Made by a program: the position numbers and the translations under genes. The notes below the pieces were generated by a model. The model was not told where the DNA came from. It did no database searches and saw only the letters and a program-made list of their open reading frames with translations. A stretch of DNA of 64,000 nucleotides, taken from the IMG/VR virus record IMGVR_UViG_3300009497_000001. One strand, given 5' to 3'. Source of the stretch: a virus. Each line of letters begins with the position of its first letter. The first letter of the stretch is position 1. This document shows positions 26,529 through 36,110 of this stretch, piece after piece.

Positions 26529-29500
26529 ATGGGCTCATTATTACAAGATGTAATTGGATTATTTTCCAAGAAAAAATATGCACCAAAACCATATGATGTA
26601 AATACAGATGGTAAGGAGGATTACTTAGTTCTATCTACTAAACAAGATAGTTCTTTAAATGTTATGGCGTATCTGCCTAAGTTAGATCAAGAGTTAATCT
26701 CTATATTTGATCTAGCTACAGCAATCAATGGTGCAGGAAATACCACTTATGATTTTGCAAATGTGGATCTAGCTGGTAAAACTAATCTTAACCTGACTGG
26801 TTCAGATGGTACTGTAGATACAGTAAGTCTTGTTGGAAAAACAGGAATAACCGTTGTAAGTAATGGATCTGATGTAGAACTTAGTGTTACATCAGGAACG
26901 TATGTAGAATGTACAGGTAATAATACTGCTAATGTAGTTCCAATGTGGGATGGAGGAACATGTTCTCTTGGTAATAGTGATATTACTTATGATGGAGTAG
27001 ATCTTTATGCTTTGGCTGATACTAAAAAATTAAGAGTAAGATACTTAGATATGGCAAATGCCGTAGCTAAGTTAGAAGCAACTAATGGTACAGGAAATGT
27101 TGGCCAAGTTCTTACTGTATCTGCTGGTGGAGGATTAGAGTGGACAACAAATGGTACTGGCTCAATGTCTTCATGGATTTTATCTGCTGATAATGGTACA
27201 ACATCAGTAATCCAAGATGGAAATACAGCAACTATTGCTGGTGGTACTAAACTATCAACAGCAGATGATACATTAGGAACAGTAACTATAAGCCATGATG
27301 CTACTACAAGAACAAATACTACTTCTTCTGTAACTCCTGGGCCTGGTGTTCAGTTTTCTGTTATAGATACTATAGTATCAGATGCAACAGGTCATATTAC
27401 AGATGTTAATACTAAGAATGTAACAATGCCTACTATAACAGGCGTTACTAGTGTAGGTACTGATACTCCAGATACAATATCTATTGGGGGAACAGCAGAA
27501 GACCCAACTGTAAACACTATTACAGGAGCAGTTGGTGATAATAATACTTGGTTAGTAACAGGAGACGATGTATATGAATATATAACTAATCTTGGTCTTG
27601 TAGAAAGTGTAACTGGTGGTGTTGGTATTAACTTGACAGGAACAGCAGCAGATCCAATAGTCAATATAGACTATGCGGGTGTAGATAATGCAATTATAGT
27701 TGCACCTACAGAAGTAATTACAGATAATGATTACTTATGGTTTAGTGATGCATCAGATAATAATATAAAGAAAGTTAGAGTTTCTGATCTACCGGATAAT
27801 GCTTCTGGTGTTCAGCAAATTATAGCAGGAACAAACATAAATATTACTCCAATAAATGGACAAGGTATAGTTACAATTAATTCAACTGATCAATTTACAG
27901 GAACAGTTACATCAGTAGCTACATCTAATGGTGTATTTGTAGATGTATCAGGTGGAACAATAACTTCAGCAGGAACTATAACAGCAGAGTTATCTGCTAC
28001 AGGTACTCCTGATTCAACTAAATATTTAAGAGGTGATAATACTTGGGCACCTATCCCGGCAGATAATAACACAACATATAATTTATCTTCTACACAGAAT
28101 TTATCTGATGTAGATATTACATTAAATGGTTCAGATGGTACATCAGATATAGTATCAGTAATAGCCGGTACTGGTATAGTATTAACAGATGTTGGAAGTA
28201 ATTTTAGAATTGATGGTAATATAGGATCAGTAACAAGTGTTTCATCTACAACAGCAGGAGATGCTTTAGATGTATTAGTTGCAAATCCAACAAGTACTCC
28301 TGCTCTAGGTTTTACATGGGCGGGTGATGCTACACAATATGTAAACGGTGCAGGTAATTTAGCTTTATTAAGCTCAATACCAACCAATCTAACATTAACT
28401 ACAACAGGAACTAGTGGTGCTGCTACTTTAGTTGGTAATACTTTAAACGTTCCTCAATATGCTTCAGGAGCAGTTAGTATACTAGACAATGGTACATCAT
28501 TAACAACTGCAGTTCAATCAATTGATTTTGTAGGAGCAGGTGTTACATTAACAGAACCAACTTCAGATAATATAGTTGTTACAATACCAGATACAATTTA
28601 TACAAATGACCCTGGTATTACAGTTGACAATACAACTAATACGATAGGACTAGATTACTCAGGAACAGATAACTATATATATTTAAACAACATTAAAGTC
28701 CCAGAAGCAACATCATTAATGAACTGGTCAGAAGGATCAGGTGCTACACCTGTTGTATTTAATACTACAATAGCTGACATTGTTAATATTGGTTCATCAG
28801 GTTGGGATTTAACTGGTGATTTAGGAACTGCTAAAAATATTGGTAATGGTGATACTGCTCTTATACAAGGTGGTGTTGCACTTACCTCATCAACTAGTGG
28901 AACTAATGTTTTAACATTAGACTTAGACAACACAGCAGTTACTGCAGGCTCATATACCAATGCAGATATAACCGTAGATGCACAAGGTAGAATAACAGCA
29001 GCAGTAAATGGCACAGGAGGAGGTGGATCAATGTCAAGCTTCTTTATAACAGATGGTGTTACGACTGAAGAAATTCTAGATGCCAATACTGTAACTTTTT
29101 CTGCAGCAACAGGTATAACTGGAGCAGGTTTAACAGTTGATGTTAGTGCAACAGACACTGTCACTATAGGTGTTGATACAGTAGGTGCTGACAATCTAAT
29201 TATGGCTAGACCTACTCTTGCGGGTATTGCTAGTTTAGATTACTTTATGTTTAGTGATACTAACGGGGGTGATCAACTTTATAAGCAACAGTTTTATTTG
29301 ATGCCAGGATACTATGCAGGTTTCTGGACAAGAGGAGATAATTTAGTTACAGGTAGTGGTCTTGCTTCTCCAACAGATTTTGAATTAAATATTCAAGGAG
29401 GAACAGGTATTACAACTGATGCTACTACTGCAGGCTCAGCTCCGGTTATTAATACAGTAGATATAAGTTTAGATAGCACTGGTGTAACTGCTGGATCTTA

Positions 29501-30557
29501 TACTAATGCAGACATTACAGTAAATGCTCAAGGTCAAATCACTCTAGCAGCTAACGGAACTGGTGGAGGTGGTATGACATCATGGACAGTACAAGCTGAT
29601 GGTGGTACAGATCAGGTTATAACAAATGGAGATACGTTAAACCTAACAGGGACAGCTCCTATTAGCACTTTTGCACAAGCTACAGATGAAGTTGTATTTA
29701 CACATGATACATCAGGTGTTGTAGCAGGAACTTATGTTAATGCCAACATTACTGTAGATACTATGGGGCATATTACTTCTGCTTCTGCTGGTACTGGTGG
29801 TGGAGTTACTGCTGTTAACTTACTATTAGGATCAAGTTCAGGTACTCCTTTAGATGCATCTATTAATAGTAATACTTTAACCATTACATCAAATGTATTT
29901 ACTGGAGGAACTAATGTAGGACATGTACCATCATATGGTTCTGATCCAGGAAATCAGAAGTTTTATTTAGATGCAACAGGTGCTTGGTCTGAGCCAAGTA
30001 ATGCAGGTATTATTGCAGGTTGCGGAATTAATAAGAATGGTAGTACATTAAGTGTAGAATATGGACCTTTAGCAACAAACGTAATTAACTGTGCTGCAAA
30101 TGGCATTAAAGAAAATGTAGATCTTGAGAAAGATACAATAATATATAATGATGTAGACTCAGGAGGTTTAGGAATTGATGAAGTAAAAGAATTAGTAATT
30201 GCTGATTTACTAGATAGAATGGTATCTAGAAGTACTTTTGCTCAGGCAGCAGCATGGTGTTCTTTTGATACTGGTGCAAGCATATTTACAAATTCAGGCA
30301 GATCAGGAATAGGTACATTAACAGTAACTAGTAATGGTACAGCATCATCTACTTTAAGTTGGACAACTCCATTAACAGGAACAAATTATTTAGTATGTTT
30401 AACAACTGAAAGTTCAACTACTGCTTTTCATACATATTGTAGATTAAAGACTACAACTAGTTGTATAATTGGATCAAATAATATTACTAATCCAGGTGTA
30501 CCAGCTGCTACTTTAGTTAACGTTGTAATTTATGATGTTGGATTAAATACTATATAA
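26529..30557 (+). CDS. Tail-fibre-like protein 2 (1342 aa) with internal repeat modules
   Basis: Repeats GSYTNADITVDAQGRITAAVNGTGGGG / GSYTNADITVNAQGQITLAANGTGGGG / GTYVNANITVDTMGHITSASAGTGGG / DATGHITDVNTKNVTMP. Two GSDGT...V..AGTGI...GSN modules. N-terminal motif shared with the other fibre genes. Confidence 0.75.
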   Translation: MGSLLQDVIGLFSKKKYAPKPYDVNTDGKEDYLVLSTKQDSSLNVMAYLPKLDQELISIFDLATAINGAGNTTYDFANVDLAGKTNLNLTGSDGTVDTVSLVGKTGITVVSNGSDVELSVTSGTYVECTGNNTANVVPMWDGGTCSLGNSDITYDGVDLYALADTKKLRVRYLDMANAVAKLEATNGTGNVGQVLTVSAGGGLEWTTNGTGSMSSWILSADNGTTSVIQDGNTATIAGGTKLSTADDTLGTVTISHDATTRTNTTSSVTPGPGVQFSVIDTIVSDATGHITDVNTKNVTMPTITGVTSVGTDTPDTISIGGTAEDPTVNTITGAVGDNNTWLVTGDDVYEYITNLGLVESVTGGVGINLTGTAADPIVNIDYAGVDNAIIVAPTEVITDNDYLWFSDASDNNIKKVRVSDLPDNASGVQQIIAGTNINITPINGQGIVTINSTDQFTGTVTSVATSNGVFVDVSGGTITSAGTITAELSATGTPDSTKYLRGDNTWAPIPADNNTTYNLSSTQNLSDVDITLNGSDGTSDIVSVIAGTGIVLTDVGSNFRIDGNIGSVTSVSSTTAGDALDVLVANPTSTPALGFTWAGDATQYVNGAGNLALLSSIPTNLTLTTTGTSGAATLVGNTLNVPQYASGAVSILDNGTSLTTAVQSIDFVGAGVTLTEPTSDNIVVTIPDTIYTNDPGITVDNTTNTIGLDYSGTDNYIYLNNIKVPEATSLMNWSEGSGATPVVFNTTIADIVNIGSSGWDLTGDLGTAKNIGNGDTALIQGGVALTSSTSGTNVLTLDLDNTAVTAGSYTNADITVDAQGRITAAVNGTGGGGSMSSFFITDGVTTEEILDANTVTFSAATGITGAGLTVDVSATDTVTIGVDTVGADNLIMARPTLAGIASLDYFMFSDTNGGDQLYKQQFYLMPGYYAGFWTRGDNLVTGSGLASPTDFELNIQGGTGITTDATTAGSAPVINTVDISLDSTGVTAGSYTNADITVNAQGQITLAANGTGGGGMTSWTVQADGGTDQVITNGDTLNLTGTAPISTFAQATDEVVFTHDTSGVVAGTYVNANITVDTMGHITSASAGTGGGVTAVNLLLGSSSGTPLDASINSNTLTITSNVFTGGTNVGHVPSYGSDPGNQKFYLDATGAWSEPSNAGIIAGCGINKNGSTLSVEYGPLATNVINCAANGIKENVDLEKDTIIYNDVDSGGLGIDEVKELVIADLLDRMVSRSTFAQAAAWCSFDTGASIFTNSGRSGIGTLTVTSNGTASSTLSWTTPLTGTNYLVCLTTESSTTAFHTYCRLKTTTSCIIGSNNITNPGVPAATLVNVVIYDVGLNTI

Positions 30558-30577
30558 TAAAACTAAAATAAAAAGAA

Positions 30578-33500
30578 ATGAGTGTTTATATACAAGAGGT
30601 CTTAGGGCTACTAAAAAGAAATAAAAAGAAGATAAAGCTAGACAAAATGAGAGATCATTTTGAGTTTGGTAAGCTTTATCAGAACAGTTCCCTGAATACA
30701 GGTGCGGCTTATAACCCTAAGATGGAACCATTTGTAGTTAAGTGGGGTGATCTTGTATGTCAAGCTACTGAAAACTTAACAAGAACACAACCTGGATCAG
30801 GTAATTTAGGAGTTGTTCCTGTATATACAACACCAGAAGGTTCATGTGCATGGGATACATTAATGGATTCTATCATAACACAAAATGCATTAGGTGATAC
30901 TATTAATATTGCAGGTAACTTATATGTACAAGGTACTATAACAACCCCAACATTAACAGAAGACCGTGTTGTTATTGTAGGACCAGGAGGAGTACTAGAA
31001 GATGATGCTAATTTAACAATGGATGGTACAACATTTACAGCTAATGTAGATGTAGTACATGGAACTGATGTACCAGCAGGTACTCCAGCTCAAACAACAA
31101 GAATAAACTCTAATCTTAAACTAGAAGGGCCTGTATATGATTCACTTGGAGTATTAGGTGGATTAAACAAAGTGCTTGTAGGTTTAGCAGATGGTAGAGT
31201 AAAGTGGCAAGATGATGATGTGGTTGAAGCATTAACATATGGTTCACTATGGCAAGGAGATCCTACTAACTATAAGGTAGAACTACCTATAGGAACAGCT
31301 GATCAAATACTTATTTCTGATGGAACTACTTTTGCATGGCAAAATAATCCTGCTGCAATTGTAGGTGAAGTTTGTGATGTATATAGAATTCCATTATGGA
31401 CACCAGATGCTCAAACATTAGGTTGTTCATTACTTATTCAGGATGGAAACTCTGGTACTCCTGCTACTAAAATCACTAATGATGGTCAACTACAACAAGT
31501 AAAAAAAGTATTTTTAGATGAAGTAGTACAGGATGATACTCTTACAGAAGTATTAGTAAGAGATACAGGTGCTTCTAATGAAGTTAAGTTTAGAGATGTA
31601 GCTACAATTGTTCCTCCTGTAGGATTTGATACACTTGTTATGAGTGAAGTCAATGACTGGACACAAACATATCTTAATGCATATGTACCTCTTGATGATA
31701 CAACTGTACCATATATGCGTATAGGTGGTATGACAACTTTAACAGATGGTCAAGAAGGTCATGTAATTGCAAAGAATGTAAAGAGTGGTGCTCTTTTATC
31801 ACAAGATGCTATTAGATTTCCAGATGGTTGGGGAGTTCCAGGTGAACTATGGGACAATCAAGTATCATGGTTAACAGGTGCTAATGGTATGAATGGATAT
31901 AAAGATACAGATACACTGTTATTTGGTGAGACACTTAAATTTAAATATATAAACTACCAAGCACCCGGTCAAGCAAATAATATTTTATTTTGGGATGCTT
32001 GTTGTAAACTTTATTCATCTAATGAATGTCCTGTAGGAACAAACCAAACACTTACAACAGATGAAAATGTAGCTATATCAAGTCAAACTGTAGTTGTTGA
32101 TGATGGATATGGAGGGTATGGTCTTACTTATGCATTACAAACTAATGTTAGTAATGGTACATTAAATTTCAATACAGTTACTGGTCAATATACATATACT
32201 CCAGCTAATAATTATTTTGGTACAGATCAATTTACTTATACAGCCACTGATGGATATTGTATAACAGACCCTATTACTGTAACAATTATTGTTAATGCGG
32301 TAGCTGAACCACCTATATGGACTAGCTCATGCCCTGATACAAGTAATCTTTTGGCAGGAGATGTTTATACATATAATTATACAGTAAGTGATCCAGATCA
32401 CGCATGTAATCAACTCAGTGTAAGTTTTACTTTAACAGATAATGCTACTGGTAATCCAGCTACATGGTTAACTAATACATATAATAATGACTGTACTGGT
32501 ACTATAACAGGAACTTACCCTGCAACAGGTGGCGTATTCACATTGGCGTTGACAGTAACAGATCCTGATACTCCTGCTAACTCTTCAGGTCAAATTTGTA
32601 ATATAGCAGGTCTTGTTCCAGATAAGGATACATTCTTTAACTTTTGGTTTGATGTTTCAGGTTCAATGGATGGGATTGTTAATAAGATAGCACAGAATTC
32701 AAGTTTATCAAAAGTATATGCTCAAGCAAATGATACAACTTCTTCCCCAAACATCCCTGCAGGAACAGGTGCAGGAACAAGTACTCTTCAAATGTGTAAC
32801 AGAAGAGGTGGTCTAAGAAGAGTTGACGTTATAGAAAATTCTCCTACTGGTTGGAATGCTTCTAGTACAGATGGAAATGCTTCATGGTGGTGTGTAAGAG
32901 CAGGGATGAGTGTAACAAATCCTTCAGCCCCAGGTCAAATTCCGGCAGGAACATTTGTTGCAGCTACAAACTTTGATATCATAAAAGGGGAAATGACATT
33001 AGAAGATATCAATGGAAACCCTGTAATTCATAATGTATCTAACTCTTCAGAGTTGTTGTTTGAGTTAACTCCTGCAATGATAGCTGCTGATTATAGTGAT
33101 ATAAATAATTTTAGATATACATTCCAAGACTTTTATGCTACAGGTCAAACATATGCTCAAGAAACAGCAGCTGGTGTACCTCATAATCCAGCAACAAATG
33201 GTGAAGACGGTTATTCTTCACACGTGATTATGAGTTTTGATGCAACTGAACGCCCTATAAGTGGTTTAGCAAACAGAGGTGTAGGTCAAGCACTTAATGG
33301 TGCTTTAGATGTAGGACCAGTTGCAGATACTTCTTTAGCAAATGCAGATTGGTTCTTTGATGCCACTCAAATTTTTATATTTGCAATTTATGATGAGTCT
33401 TCTGTTGGTAATAATAAATATTTCCCTACAACTGGAGTATCTTGGACTGATAGAAATGTAAGTGTAAATAATGACGTTACGGCAGATGCAGGGGAAGTTG

Positions 33501-33907
33501 TTGCTACATTTAATAATACAGCTAACTCTGTAACTTTAAGAGGTATTTGTATGAATATGGAACCTAATGGTGGGCCAGCATTGACATCTATATGGGGTTA
33601 TGATGGTGCATTTACTGTGGGACTTAACACTCCTATTCCTAGCTCTGACCCCCAAAATGTTTTTGCTGCAATACCTGCAAGTGCTTATATAAATCCTAAT
33701 ACATCTCTAAATACCTTATATAATACTTACGCAGCAGGTGGAAACCAAGCAATAAGAAGTTATCCAACTACAGCTGTAGGATTTACACATAATAATGGTG
33801 GTAACGGTACCTATCCTGGTGTAGTAAGTAACAGTGCTGCTAACACAGGTCAATATTATTTTAATACTTTTAAAGCAGCATTATTAGATCACGGATTAAT
33901 ACTATAA
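30578..33907 (+). CDS. Tail-fibre/receptor-binding-like protein 3 (1109 aa) with an Ig/cadherin-like segment and a VWA-like MIDAS motif
   Basis: Shared N-terminal motif. NGTLNFNTVTGQYTYTPANNYFGTDQFTYTATDG...ITVTIIVNAV resembles bacterial Ig-like/cadherin-like repeats. FWFDVSGSMDG (DxSGS) is at 32651-32668. Confidence 0.65.
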   Translation: MSVYIQEVLGLLKRNKKKIKLDKMRDHFEFGKLYQNSSLNTGAAYNPKMEPFVVKWGDLVCQATENLTRTQPGSGNLGVVPVYTTPEGSCAWDTLMDSIITQNALGDTINIAGNLYVQGTITTPTLTEDRVVIVGPGGVLEDDANLTMDGTTFTANVDVVHGTDVPAGTPAQTTRINSNLKLEGPVYDSLGVLGGLNKVLVGLADGRVKWQDDDVVEALTYGSLWQGDPTNYKVELPIGTADQILISDGTTFAWQNNPAAIVGEVCDVYRIPLWTPDAQTLGCSLLIQDGNSGTPATKITNDGQLQQVKKVFLDEVVQDDTLTEVLVRDTGASNEVKFRDVATIVPPVGFDTLVMSEVNDWTQTYLNAYVPLDDTTVPYMRIGGMTTLTDGQEGHVIAKNVKSGALLSQDAIRFPDGWGVPGELWDNQVSWLTGANGMNGYKDTDTLLFGETLKFKYINYQAPGQANNILFWDACCKLYSSNECPVGTNQTLTTDENVAISSQTVVVDDGYGGYGLTYALQTNVSNGTLNFNTVTGQYTYTPANNYFGTDQFTYTATDGYCITDPITVTIIVNAVAEPPIWTSSCPDTSNLLAGDVYTYNYTVSDPDHACNQLSVSFTLTDNATGNPATWLTNTYNNDCTGTITGTYPATGGVFTLALTVTDPDTPANSSGQICNIAGLVPDKDTFFNFWFDVSGSMDGIVNKIAQNSSLSKVYAQANDTTSSPNIPAGTGAGTSTLQMCNRRGGLRRVDVIENSPTGWNASSTDGNASWWCVRAGMSVTNPSAPGQIPAGTFVAATNFDIIKGEMTLEDINGNPVIHNVSNSSELLFELTPAMIAADYSDINNFRYTFQDFYATGQTYAQETAAGVPHNPATNGEDGYSSHVIMSFDATERPISGLANRGVGQALNGALDVGPVADTSLANADWFFDATQIFIFAIYDESSVGNNKYFPTTGVSWTDRNVSVNNDVTADAGEVVATFNNTANSVTLRGICMNMEPNGGPALTSIWGYDGAFTVGLNTPIPSSDPQNVFAAIPASAYINPNTSLNTLYNTYAAGGNQAIRSYPTTAVGFTHNNGGNGTYPGVVSNSAANTGQYYFNTFKAALLDHGLIL

Positions 33908-34131
33908 TGATAATAAGAAATCTTCCATATAATGATAAAGGACTGGACTGGGTTGTAGATCAGTATAATAGAAATAGAGATTTTAAAGATCATATAACAA
34001 TAGATGATCTTGTATCAGCTGAAAAATTAGCTGATGAGATTTCTTTTAGATTAATGGCAACAAAGAAACATCCTGATTACGAATGGTTAAATCAAAAATT
34101 AATAGAATATGTCAAAGCAAATAACAAATAA
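33907..34131 (+). CDS. Hypothetical protein (74 aa)
   Basis: TAATG overlap with the fibre gene stop. Confidence 0.55.
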   Translation: MIIRNLPYNDKGLDWVVDQYNRNRDFKDHITIDDLVSAEKLADEISFRLMATKKHPDYEWLNQKLIEYVKANNK

Positions 34132-34291
34132 AGCAACTAACCCAATGAGCCCACACAGCCCTAAAGTAAAGGCTGGTGGCTCAGTAGTAGTTGATAAGTC
34201 AACAGGTAACGGAGGTTTTGCAACTGGTGGTCCAACTAGTACAAGTAATATGTACGGTATATTATCAGGTAACTTTGAGAGTAAAGACTAA
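34109..34291 (+). CDS. Hypothetical Gly/Ser/Thr-rich small protein (60 aa)
   Basis: ATG start, 23-nt overlap with the upstream ORF. Last gene before the strand switch. Confidence 0.4.
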   Translation: MSKQITNKATNPMSPHSPKVKAGGSVVVDKSTGNGGFATGGPTSTSNMYGILSGNFESKD

Positions 34292-34312
34292 GAAGGCCAG
34301 ATTATTACTAAA

Positions 34313-34597
34313 TCATCTTTCATTTTCTAGTTCTTTTTCTAAACACGCAAGAGCACGCCATGCTACTTTTGCAGTATGACGAATGCCATCATCATCTATA
34401 GTACCTGCATCAATCAGATGCCTAGCTAATGCATCATAGTCATCAGTAGACTTATTACGATCCCAATGTAATGGTTTATCAGGATGATGCTGTTTGTTCC
34501 CTTGTAATGATACACGAGCTATTTCCATAATAGCTTTAGGAAAATATTTTAATACGCCAGTAAAGACTGGTCTTTCTTTTCTTTCTTCTGCTTTCAT
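34313..34597 (-). CDS. DUF5664-like protein (resembles the N-terminal domain of phage dATP/dGTP diphosphohydrolases), 94 aa
   Basis: FPKAIMEIARVSLQGNKQHHPDKPLHWDRNKSTDDYDALARHLIDAGTIDDDGIRHTAKVAWRALACLE fits my recollection of that family pattern (KY..W, RHL, D..G..H.a). Confidence 0.4.
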   Translation of the reverse strand: MKAEERKERPVFTGVLKYFPKAIMEIARVSLQGNKQHHPDKPLHWDRNKSTDDYDALARHLIDAGTIDDDGIRHTAKVAWRALACLEKELENER

Positions 34598-34785
34598 TTA
34601 TCTTTATTTTTACGGTAATCAAGTATAAATCCAATTAGGACGAGCATGTTCAACCCTAGACTTGCTATAATTTCATGCATATCTTTATAAACATTTACGC
34701 TTAGATGTATATGTCCAACGATCCAAAACGGTATTGCCATTTGCTGACTATACCATATTAATGCAAATTCTAAAAACTTTTTCAT
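34594..34785 (-). CDS. Small membrane protein (63 aa from the ATG; the track start at 34794 is TTG)
   Basis: ATG at 34785 forms an ATGA overlap with the upstream stop. Two hydrophobic helices. Confidence 0.5.
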   Translation of the reverse strand: MKKFLEFALIWYSQQMAIPFWIVGHIHLSVNVYKDMHEIIASLGLNMLVLIGFILDYRKNKDK

Positions 34786-35003
34786 GCTAACCAATCTCTT
34801 ATATCTTCACTACTAGAACTCTTTATAGTTATGAATATAACCATAACTTCACCCCAATAATCTATGAGCAAATCATGTTTCATGTTTTCACAGAAGTACT
34901 GCAACTGTAGGATATGTATATGCCCATCAATAGGGCCCAGCCTTTCATATATGCTGTTTGCTCTTTGTTCTGCTTCTGTCATCAAAGTATCTTTCCAATT
35001 CAT
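34782..35003 (-). CDS. Hypothetical protein (73 aa)
   Basis: ATG start, coupled to the downstream ORF. Confidence 0.55.
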   Translation of the reverse strand: MNWKDTLMTEAEQRANSIYERLGPIDGHIHILQLQYFCENMKHDLLIDYWGEVMVIFITIKSSSSEDIRDWLA

Positions 35004-35101
35004 ATATTAAATAGGTGAGGAGGCCCATACAAAGGTTAAAAACATTTAATAATTATTAATTGGCATACGCCTCTTTGTACGGTTGGTTTTGCCTCCCTTA
35101 T

Positions 35102-35185
35102 TTATTCACCCAATTTTTTATTAAAGATTAAATATCCAATGGCTATGGTAAGTATTATAATAGTTACTGTTTGCCAAGGACTCAT
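35102..35185 (-). CDS. Micro-ORF, 27 aa, single hydrophobic helix
   Basis: MSPWQTVTIIILTIAIGYLIFNKKLGE. ATGA overlap with the stop of 35182-36060. Confidence 0.25.
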   Translation of the reverse strand: MSPWQTVTIIILTIAIGYLIFNKKLGE

Positions 35186-36060
35186 AATCTACCCATATAC
35201 ATTTCATGAATCAGTCTCTTGCTTGTGATATCTTCATCAATGACTATATCAACTGCGTCTTCCATTGTTATATCTATTAACTGTGGATCTGTATTTAACT
35301 CTACACCATTATACAAATTCTTGTTAATCAATTCCACTGTAATAAAATCATGAAAGTTCTGTTGATCATTTAACCAGTCCCGTGGGTGTGCTTTCTTTAA
35401 TGCATGCGTTACATGATTATAAAAGGCCCATGCACTGTAATTACTCTGACCATAATCAAAAGATGGTTTGTCCATCTCTTTCTTAATCATAGATGTTTGC
35501 TGTGTGTCAAGAAGATCCTCATCAATAAACAATCTTCCTACTAGCTCTGACTGTTCTTTACAAGTAATATTTATAGATTTAAGATATTCTTTATCAGCAA
35601 TCAACCTTTTATAATACTTCTCAGCATTCTTTATTTGGTCTGACATATGAATCTTAGTATCCATATTGGCTGTACCAGTATGTTTTCTATTATAATTCAT
35701 CATATCACCTGCAACCATGCCGTTACCACATACTTTTACATATGCACCAACACTACATTGAAATCTAGTACTCTTGTCATAAGAGTTTGTCCAGGCAAAC
35801 ATCATACCCAGCTCTTCTTCCTGCATTGCAGTATCATCCGGGTTTGTTGGCCTTAAATAATAGATCCCCTGTGCTACATTAGCATTCATATTAGATCTAT
35901 ATACTTCATTAATTATAGAGAATCCACTTGTTTTAAGTAGATTCTTTGCGTTATCTATCACTTCTTTGTGTGATATAACTGTATAAGATTTACCGTGTAC
36001 TGGTAAAGGTTCATTTTCTAGATATGCTCTAGTAACTTCTTTTGGTTTTGTGTATCCCAT
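35182..36060 (-). CDS. DUF932-like phage/plasmid protein (292 aa)
   Basis: Overall pattern (PLPVHGKSYTVISHKEVID..., central CGNGMV) resembles the DUF932/TIGR03299 family as I remember it. Confidence 0.4.
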   Translation of the reverse strand: MGYTKPKEVTRAYLENEPLPVHGKSYTVISHKEVIDNAKNLLKTSGFSIINEVYRSNMNANVAQGIYYLRPTNPDDTAMQEEELGMMFAWTNSYDKSTRFQCSVGAYVKVCGNGMVAGDMMNYNRKHTGTANMDTKIHMSDQIKNAEKYYKRLIADKEYLKSINITCKEQSELVGRLFIDEDLLDTQQTSMIKKEMDKPSFDYGQSNYSAWAFYNHVTHALKKAHPRDWLNDQQNFHDFITVELINKNLYNGVELNTDPQLIDITMEDAVDIVIDEDITSKRLIHEMYMGRL

Positions 36061-36110
36061 ATTGTAAACTTATTTAGTGTAAATATACTAAATTAATCTG
36101 ACTCAGCAAA

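Noticed and set aside
24394-29194. Antisense or overlapping ORFs in the fibre block (24394-24600, 24886-25071, 25096-25338, 26281-26592, 27392-27664, 27890-28387, 28673-29194)
   Set aside because: They lie opposite Thr/Gly/Ser-rich fibre genes, whose reverse frames are naturally open (Val/Pro/Thr-rich). The sense-strand genes have repeats, shared motifs and tight coupling.
23855-33907. Diversity-generating retroelement acting on the fibre genes
   Set aside because: There is no reverse transcriptase ORF, and no template/variable repeat pair with adenine-specific mismatches. The internal repeats are in-frame protein modules with synonymous divergence.
34191-34379. Plus-strand 62-aa ORF spanning the convergent junction
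   Set aside because: It overlaps both 34109-34291 (different frame) and the minus-strand 34313-34597 gene, which has a recognisable domain pattern.
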